64,000 bases of DNA from a virus (Duplodnaviria > Heunggongvirae > Uroviricota > Caudoviricetes), in the IMG/VR virus record IMGVR_UViG_2799112923_000001. The stretch is one strand, 5' to 3'. Position numbers and translations under genes: made by a program. Below the pieces are notes generated by a model. That model did not search any database. It saw nothing but the letters and a program-made list of their open reading frames with translations, and was not told the origin of the DNA. This document shows, one piece after another, positions 58,036 to 64,000 of this stretch (positions are counted from its first letter, which is position 1; every line of letters begins with the position of its first letter).

Positions 58036-58205
58036 TAAGAATGAAATTATCCCTATATGGTATTTATTAGCAAAAAACTGTGGTGAAACCACGAAATTTG
58101 CTATTGAACCAGTGTTTGACCCACTTTGCACGGTTTGTTGCAGTAAATAAAAAAATTTTTTGAAAAAAGAATATATTTACAAGTAAAGGATAAATTTATA
58201 TATTA

Positions 58206-58679
58206 TTGGCTATGGCAAAGTTATTAGGAATACAGTATTTGGATTATGATATAGCCAATAAGTATGTTGACATGTACAACAACATCGTAAAGGCTAATCA
58301 GGATTTTGAAAGTGAAAAGAAGGAAATAGAATTAGATTCATTTTGTAGCATTTACAATAAGTTTAGTAAGGAATGGAGTGATTTAATTTATTTAATCAGT
58401 TATGAAGAAGATGGTGAATATCATAATTTAATCAGTTATGTAGATAATGATGATGGATATAGAAGTTATGTAAAAACCATAGAATTAGCAGGATTAGGTC
58501 AACCATTATTAAAGCAGTTTGAATATGATGTAGATATATCAAGATATGTAAGTGGACAAAATGAAATAAATTATGATATTTTGATACAGTATGAGGGTAA
58601 GAATATATTTGAATGTTACACAGATAACAGTGATAATTATTATCCAGTAGGGAATATAGAATATCATGGATTTCAATAA
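58206..58679 (+). CDS. Hypothetical protein
   Basis: 157-aa acidic ORF. Confidence 0.65.
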   Translation: MAMAKLLGIQYLDYDIANKYVDMYNNIVKANQDFESEKKEIELDSFCSIYNKFSKEWSDLIYLISYEEDGEYHNLISYVDNDDGYRSYVKTIELAGLGQPLLKQFEYDVDISRYVSGQNEINYDILIQYEGKNIFECYTDNSDNYYPVGNIEYHGFQ

Positions 58680-58974
58680 TTTAATAGAAAAAGAACAGTT
58701 ATTGTATGCTCAAGGGTTTTATTATTTTGAGAAGGGTAGTCCATTAATCATGTATGAAAACTGCAATCAGTTTATGATATATGTTCGTCGGCATATACAA
58801 CTACTAGAAAATAATAAGATTGGTGATGGTGATTTTGATATAATGTTCAGGGAATCCGCAGATTTAGAACAACGAATACAAGCATTACGAATAGAATGGA
58901 ATAATATAGTATTATACTTTAAACAACTAAAAATGGAAAAACAACTACAACAACTGGAGAAAGATTTTGAATAA
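58666..58974 (+). CDS. Hypothetical protein, DF-tail family
   Basis: Ends LQQLEKDFE. Confidence 0.7.
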   Translation: MDFNNLIEKEQLLYAQGFYYFEKGSPLIMYENCNQFMIYVRRHIQLLENNKIGDGDFDIMFRESADLEQRIQALRIEWNNIVLYFKQLKMEKQLQQLEKDFE

Positions 58975-59482
58975 ATACGGATTAGATATATCAAACACCA
59001 AAAAGACAGTAATGGATAATATAGCCAAGATTGAAGCAGTTAATGCAGATTTTAATAAAATTGAAAATCCATTTACTAAAACTTCATTATTCATAGAAGG
59101 TAGCCTTGGTATGAATGGTAAGATTGATGGAAGACCCAAGGTATATTCCGAATTGATTATTAGGGATTTTAGTTATAAGTTACACATGAGATTTATATTC
59201 CGATACAGTTTAGCAAGAAAGAATTGGAAGTTTGGTGATTTTGAAATAAATTATAGTAGAAATTGGTGGAATGAAAAGCCAGGAGATGAACAATATAGGG
59301 CATTATGGCAAAAGGTTAAAGATTTTGATTTTGAAGGATTATTTAAGAAAAAGAATTTAGAAGAATGTTGGAATATATTGGCTGAATGTATTACCGGTGT
59401 GAATGGTGAAGAAGAATTAAGTCTATTCTATAAAAATCTTATAAATGTTAGTGCCACAGATAAAATCAAAGGAGATTTCTAA
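58967..59482 (+). CDS. Hypothetical protein, DF-tail family
   Basis: Ends TDKIKGDF. Confidence 0.7.
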   Translation: MNKYGLDISNTKKTVMDNIAKIEAVNADFNKIENPFTKTSLFIEGSLGMNGKIDGRPKVYSELIIRDFSYKLHMRFIFRYSLARKNWKFGDFEINYSRNWWNEKPGDEQYRALWQKVKDFDFEGLFKKKNLEECWNILAECITGVNGEEELSLFYKNLINVSATDKIKGDF

Positions 59483-60039
59483 TGACTTGGGATGACGCAG
59501 TAGAAGCATTTGCCAAATATGATATAGATATTAAAAAATATCGTAATGGTAAATTGAAATTCAAGGATATTAAACTCACAAAGCAGTATTTTAAGAGAAG
59601 ACCGGAATATCCAGTATTTGAGTATAATGAAGCCACTTATAATGGAACATTAACCAAGAATAATTTTTATATTGATTATAACACAAATGCTAAGGGTGAT
59701 TTCTTATATTATCAACCAGCAGATTTTGGTGACTTATCAGATTGGGAAATGGATGATTTTTTGAAGTCAAAGGGTAATCCTACACGATATTTTAGAACAT
59801 GGCATGGAAAGAAGATTGCTATAAATGGAAAAGAACAATTAGAATGGGCTTTGAAGGATTTCTTTAATAGATTGGAAGTTATGAATAAACTGACTACAAA
59901 TGAAGATTTGTTGCAGATTAAGAAGGATTTCCAAGAACAGACTAATGAATTAGAAAGAATTACCCAGAACATAAAGAATTTAAAGACTAAATACAAACAT
60001 ATATTTAAAACACAAGCCGGTATAAATGCCGATTTTTAA
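59482..60039 (+). CDS. Hypothetical protein, DF-tail family
   Basis: Ends QAGINADF. Confidence 0.7.
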   Translation: MTWDDAVEAFAKYDIDIKKYRNGKLKFKDIKLTKQYFKRRPEYPVFEYNEATYNGTLTKNNFYIDYNTNAKGDFLYYQPADFGDLSDWEMDDFLKSKGNPTRYFRTWHGKKIAINGKEQLEWALKDFFNRLEVMNKLTTNEDLLQIKKDFQEQTNELERITQNIKNLKTKYKHIFKTQAGINADF

Positions 60040-60050
60040 GGAGAAATAAT

Positions 60051-60233
60051 ATGGAAGATATAAAGGAAAAACTACTAATCGCAGTTCAAGACGGTGCTAT
60101 TGATGGAGCAGATGTGGTTGAAAAACTATTAGCATACATTGATGGTGATACGGTACAGGATATTGTGGATTCCGAAGGTTGGGATGAAGCATGTGGGATT
60201 GGTATTAGTGATTCTAGTGATGACGAATACTAA
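60051..60233 (+). CDS. Small acidic protein
   Basis: AAGGAG RBS. Confidence 0.65.
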   Translation: MEDIKEKLLIAVQDGAIDGADVVEKLLAYIDGDTVQDIVDSEGWDEACGIGISDSSDDEY

Positions 60234-60323
60234 TGTAAAGAAAATTTTACATAGAATGGGTTGACAAAACCCATTCTTTTTTCTATAATATAGTGTAGAA
60301 CTTCAAAATAAGGACAAAAAACT

Positions 60324-60800
60324 ATGCAAAATACTATGAGATTTATTCCACTTAACGATATTCTTGAATTGCTTACTGGTAAGTCAACGGGATTTCCTAG
60401 TTCTTTTTATGAACAAGTAGACCCAGATTTGCGACCAACTAATAAGGTTCCAGCGGAAAAGGCTAATGCTTGTTGGGCAAATGGTACACCAGTGTATCAA
60501 GAACCCAAGTGGAATGGTGATAAGGCATTTGAATTGGCAAATGACATTAAGGCTCGTAGAGCAAAGATTGAAGAAATCAAGGCAGCTCAACAGGCAGAAT
60601 TGGAACGTGAACAGAAAGCATTGGAAGAAGCCGAAAAGCAGTATCACAATGAACTCTCCCATATCCGATATGTTGGTGATGACAAGCAGTTGGAACTTTT
60701 GATTCCCCGCGAAAAGATGTTCCAGTTGGTTAAGGGATTGACAGATGTAATTAACGGGAATAAGGAAGCAAAGTCTTATAAGGTCAAGATTACTCTTTAA
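60324..60800 (+). CDS. Hypothetical coiled-coil protein
   Basis: Own promoter, AAGGA RBS. Confidence 0.7.
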   Translation: MQNTMRFIPLNDILELLTGKSTGFPSSFYEQVDPDLRPTNKVPAEKANACWANGTPVYQEPKWNGDKAFELANDIKARRAKIEEIKAAQQAELEREQKALEEAEKQYHNELSHIRYVGDDKQLELLIPREKMFQLVKGLTDVINGNKEAKSYKVKITL

Positions 60801-60904
60801 TCTTGACTTTTTATGCAGTTCTTAATGAAACAAAATAAATAGGTGAAAACATTGACAAGTGTAAACTAATAATTTACATTTACAATGTTGAACAATTTAA
60901 CTAT

Positions 60905-61558
60905 ATGGAGAAAAAAACTATGAATACAAATTCAACAAAATCCGCCTCTAAGGCACCAATGAGCAACCGTGAAATTCTCGGTATGAAGCTAAAGAACATT
61001 GTTTCTACTAACAAGCAGTCCATTGAAAAGGTTGGCGACAACGCCTGGCGTTTCAAGGACATTGAGGTAGATAACAAGGTAAATGATTATCTTGTTCGTT
61101 TGGAAGCCAAGACTGGTAAGTCAGGCAAGACATTCAAGAAGCGTAATCTTTATCGTATCGTTGATGGTGCGGAACAGAAGGTTGAATTGGGTGAATTTAA
61201 GAAGGAATATCTTTATAAGATTGTTTCCGGTTTGACTAGCACCGCAGTTCCTCGTGAAAAGCTCGCAAAGTGGGATGCTGATTCCGGTCATAAGATTTGT
61301 GAATACATCAAGACCCACCAGGACGAATTTAAGACTGTTGATGGTGTAACCACAGGTAAGATTCCCGAAATTGGTGAAATCAAGTACATTGCTGGTCATC
61401 TCAAGGCTATGAAGAATGGACACAAGCGTTTGTTTGGTCGCAAGCTCTATGTGAATGGCGAAATCCACTCCGAAGGTGGTAGTTTGCATCGCATTGACCG
61501 TGCTATCAACGCAAAGAAGCGTGGTCGCAAGCCTGCCGTCAAGACTGAAAGTAAGTAA
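60905..61558 (+). CDS. Basic hypothetical protein with AT-hook-like KKRGRKP tail
   Basis: Own promoter and terminator. Confidence 0.75.
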   Translation: MEKKTMNTNSTKSASKAPMSNREILGMKLKNIVSTNKQSIEKVGDNAWRFKDIEVDNKVNDYLVRLEAKTGKSGKTFKKRNLYRIVDGAEQKVELGEFKKEYLYKIVSGLTSTAVPREKLAKWDADSGHKICEYIKTHQDEFKTVDGVTTGKIPEIGEIKYIAGHLKAMKNGHKRLFGRKLYVNGEIHSEGGSLHRIDRAINAKKRGRKPAVKTESK

Positions 61559-61638
61559 TTACAGAGCCGCTAACCCCGGTTGGGTTAAAGGGTAGTAGAA
61601 AAACACTACTACCCTTTTTTTCTTTCAAAGGATTTAAT

Positions 61639-62094
61639 ATGATTGTAGAATATAATGGTGATAAGTTCCAAGTAATGTTCTTTCATAAGAATAAAGAATG
61701 TAAGTGTGAAATTTGGTTAATGAGTAATCTTCCAACCAATGAATTAGAATATGTGCATCAAAAGTCTAAAATTCGTGGTTGTGAATCAAAGAAACACCCA
61801 GATACCATTTCTAAATTGTTATTAGCAAAGACAGTAGCCAAGTGTGCTGATGAAGATAATTACATTTATGCGTATGGTCGTGCATTATCCTTGAAACGAG
61901 CCTTACGAGTACTTATTGATGAATCTTACAATACTACCAGTGTGGAACATGTAGACCGAATTATCCAGTTCAATAATGAAATGTTCAAGAAATTCATGCA
62001 TGAATTGAAGGTACAATGCCCACACGGGGTAGAAGCCGCAGAGAAGTTACAGTCTGTTAAGGGCTATAATTTAAACGAAGATAATATGTGTTAG
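61639..62094 (+). CDS. Hypothetical protein
   Basis: AKC...DNY....GR.LSL.RAL motif common in phage proteins. Confidence 0.7.
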   Translation: MIVEYNGDKFQVMFFHKNKECKCEIWLMSNLPTNELEYVHQKSKIRGCESKKHPDTISKLLLAKTVAKCADEDNYIYAYGRALSLKRALRVLIDESYNTTSVEHVDRIIQFNNEMFKKFMHELKVQCPHGVEAAEKLQSVKGYNLNEDNMC

Positions 62095-62234
62095 ACATTC
62101 CCACACGGGAATCTCCGTCATGAACCGGTGCTGCAGATGTGCTGCTCGCCGGTTCTTTTTATGTAAACATTATTTTACACAGTTTTGGGCTAAAACCCAT
62201 TGACAAACCATAATGAATATACTATATTTGTTTA

Positions 62235-62861
62235 TGTGATTGAGAGAATTGGTGGTTCGCTCTTAAAATCAACCAACAACGAAACCACATCACTTAAGGA
62301 GATTAGTATGAAGGAAGATAGTCCGCCGCTCAATTAATTATGGTCATTAGTTTCCGGGTCGCAATAGGATGCGGGACCAAACGCCGGGCGGAAACGAGTG
62401 GGATAGCAACCCTACCATAGTACACAAAGATACACGAGTTTGGCACGGTGCCCTTCGCAAAGGCACCACTGGAGTTCTTTGGTCTATCTTAACATGGATT
62501 AGGATATACCACAGAACTTGAGAATGATTGCGTGTCTGATCGTTCAAGTATAGGACTCCGCAGTGAGCGGCAATATCTGGGGTAGAGCCAGACAAGACTA
62601 AAACGCAAACATTCAAGGGATTACATAGCAGTGGACGCACCAATATGATAATCCCAGCGCTCTTGAATCTCGTAGCATAACTCTAGTGCAGCAGAATACC
62701 AAGCTGACGATGGTGGTGAGAATCCCCCGAGATTTATCTTTGAATCGCATAGCCGGTAGCCCGGTGTGGAATGTTGGAAATCCACGATAAACCAACAAAA
62801 ATTTTTGATTGTTGTTACCTCCTTAACCGCTCCCTGAGATTACATCAACGGGAGCATTTTT
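62235..62861 (+). ncRNA. Candidate about 600-nt ncRNA with own promoter and terminator
   Basis: TTGACA(62200)-TATATT promoter, GC-richer structured body, terminator 62829-62861, no credible + ORF. Confidence 0.6.
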
Positions 62862-62959
62862 GTATATTAAATTTTACATAAAAATACTCAGTTTACTATT
62901 GACAAATAACGCAGTTTAAACTATATTTGTATATGTAAAACAAAACAAGAGGTAACACT

Positions 62960-63421
62960 ATGATTAACAACACCGCTCTCTACAATCTCGCCAACTATGA
63001 AACCATCCATGCTGAATGGGATAAAGATGTTAAAGAATGCCGAGACCTTTGTATAGAAAAGACTTGCCCCGTTCTTTATAAACTTCTTGAAGCAGTATAT
63101 AATAAGAATGGTGGTGCCGACTATCATGATTACGATATGTGGGACTCCGAATTTGACCGAGTTCATCGTGAAAACTGGGTAACTCCCGTTATCCAGCTCA
63201 ACAATGAAATGTTTAGCAAGAGCCATAACCCGAAGGTGAATCACCTTGTGGAAGCAGGTTTGAATGGACTTCGTGGTTATCTCACTATTCCGCCTGAAGA
63301 TGACCAGGACCGCTATGAAATTCTTGAATACATTGAACGCATGCAGCCTATTATGGAAAACTATAAGGTTGCTATGAATGATTTGAAGAAGCGAATGGAA
63401 ACTGCTTTGAAGAACATTTAA
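62960..63421 (+). CDS. Hypothetical protein
   Basis: GAGGT RBS after promoter. Confidence 0.75.
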   Translation: MINNTALYNLANYETIHAEWDKDVKECRDLCIEKTCPVLYKLLEAVYNKNGGADYHDYDMWDSEFDRVHRENWVTPVIQLNNEMFSKSHNPKVNHLVEAGLNGLRGYLTIPPEDDQDRYEILEYIERMQPIMENYKVAMNDLKKRMETALKNI

Positions 63422-63432
63422 GGGAGAACAAA

Positions 63433-63879
63433 ATGAATAAACTTCAATTACTAATTAAAGCATATAACAATAACATTAAGTATATGCGTGAACTATGGAT
63501 TAACTTTTTAAATGCCTCAACAGGCATGGAATTTATTGATAAGTCAACTCTGTATCGTGATTTGGTTGAAGGTAGAGCCGCAGATAATCTTTGGTTTATG
63601 ATGTCTAATGAATATGATAAGGTTCGTGAAGAATGGAAAAAAGAATGGTGGAAACTGTATAATTCTTGTTGTTCCTACAAGGCACCCGATGAAGTATATA
63701 AGATACCTATAAATTTCGTTGGTAAGAATACAGAAGAAGAACAGATTGAGTTCTTTATCAAAACAATAGAATTCTTTGAACGATGGATTAACAAACTTAA
63801 AGAATTGACTACTCAACATTCTATTATTGTAAAATCTACATTACATACTTTAGATATGGCACTATTGACAAAAGGTTAA
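63433..63879 (+). CDS. Hypothetical protein
   Basis: GGGAG RBS. Confidence 0.7.
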   Translation: MNKLQLLIKAYNNNIKYMRELWINFLNASTGMEFIDKSTLYRDLVEGRAADNLWFMMSNEYDKVREEWKKEWWKLYNSCCSYKAPDEVYKIPINFVGKNTEEEQIEFFIKTIEFFERWINKLKELTTQHSIIVKSTLHTLDMALLTKG

Positions 63880-63915
63880 ACATTAACTATATTATTTCTA
63901 AAAAGAGGTTATTAT

Positions 63916-64000
63916 ATGACGATTTATTTTGATATGGATGGTGTTCTTTGTGATTTTGAACATCGTTGTGATGAACTTGATTGTTGGAAGCCTGACATTC
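63916..64000 (+). CDS. HAD-family 5'(3')-deoxyribonucleotidase-like protein (partial)
   Basis: MTIYFDMDGVLCDF = HAD motif I; runs off window. Confidence 0.75.
   Translation, partial: MTIYFDMDGVLCDFEHRCDELDCWKPDI

Noticed and set aside
52334-60039. Integron-like cassette array explaining the DF ends
   Set aside because: No attC-like inverted repeats or integrase; genes overlap directly and DF codons vary
62300-62720. RNase P RNA
   Set aside because: GAAGGAAGATAGTCCG only loosely resembles GAGGAAAGTCC, and the 3' P4 partner motif is not evident
1-64000. Stop-codon recoding as in Lak or some crAss-like phages
   Set aside because: Genes are full length in the standard code and no CTA/TCA suppressor tRNA was found

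Overview
AT-rich 64 kb segment of a large T4-like (myovirus) dsDNA phage read in the standard genetic code. Bases 1-20.4 kb form a late/structural block: gp25, regA, baseplate and tail proteins, a gp5-like spike, a DUF285 repeat protein, a frameshifted gp55 late sigma, gp26/51, the C-terminal half of a terminase carrying an atypically split intein, and gp14. T4-type TATAAATA late promoters occur in this block. Bases 20.5-64 kb are an early/accessory region with sigma70-type promoters, a MoxR-AAA/vWA pair, many small ORFs, two tRNA clusters (about 36 tRNA or tRNA-like genes) and several long structured non-coding stretches. The strongest candidate new system is a short leader ORF overlapping an antiterminator/terminator switch in front of each tRNA cluster. 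The codons of each leader match the anticodons of its own downstream cluster, suggesting codon-matched attenuators that turn on phage tRNA supply when translation stalls. Other highlights are about 21 unrelated proteins sharing a C-terminal '...I..DF(x)' tag, A34 tRNAs (Gly-ACC, Ala-AGC, Ser-ACT), a tRNA-Ile with a displaced D-arm, and a helically phased TGTAA-N8-TTACA operator at about 18 promoters. All calls were made by eye; no searches were run.
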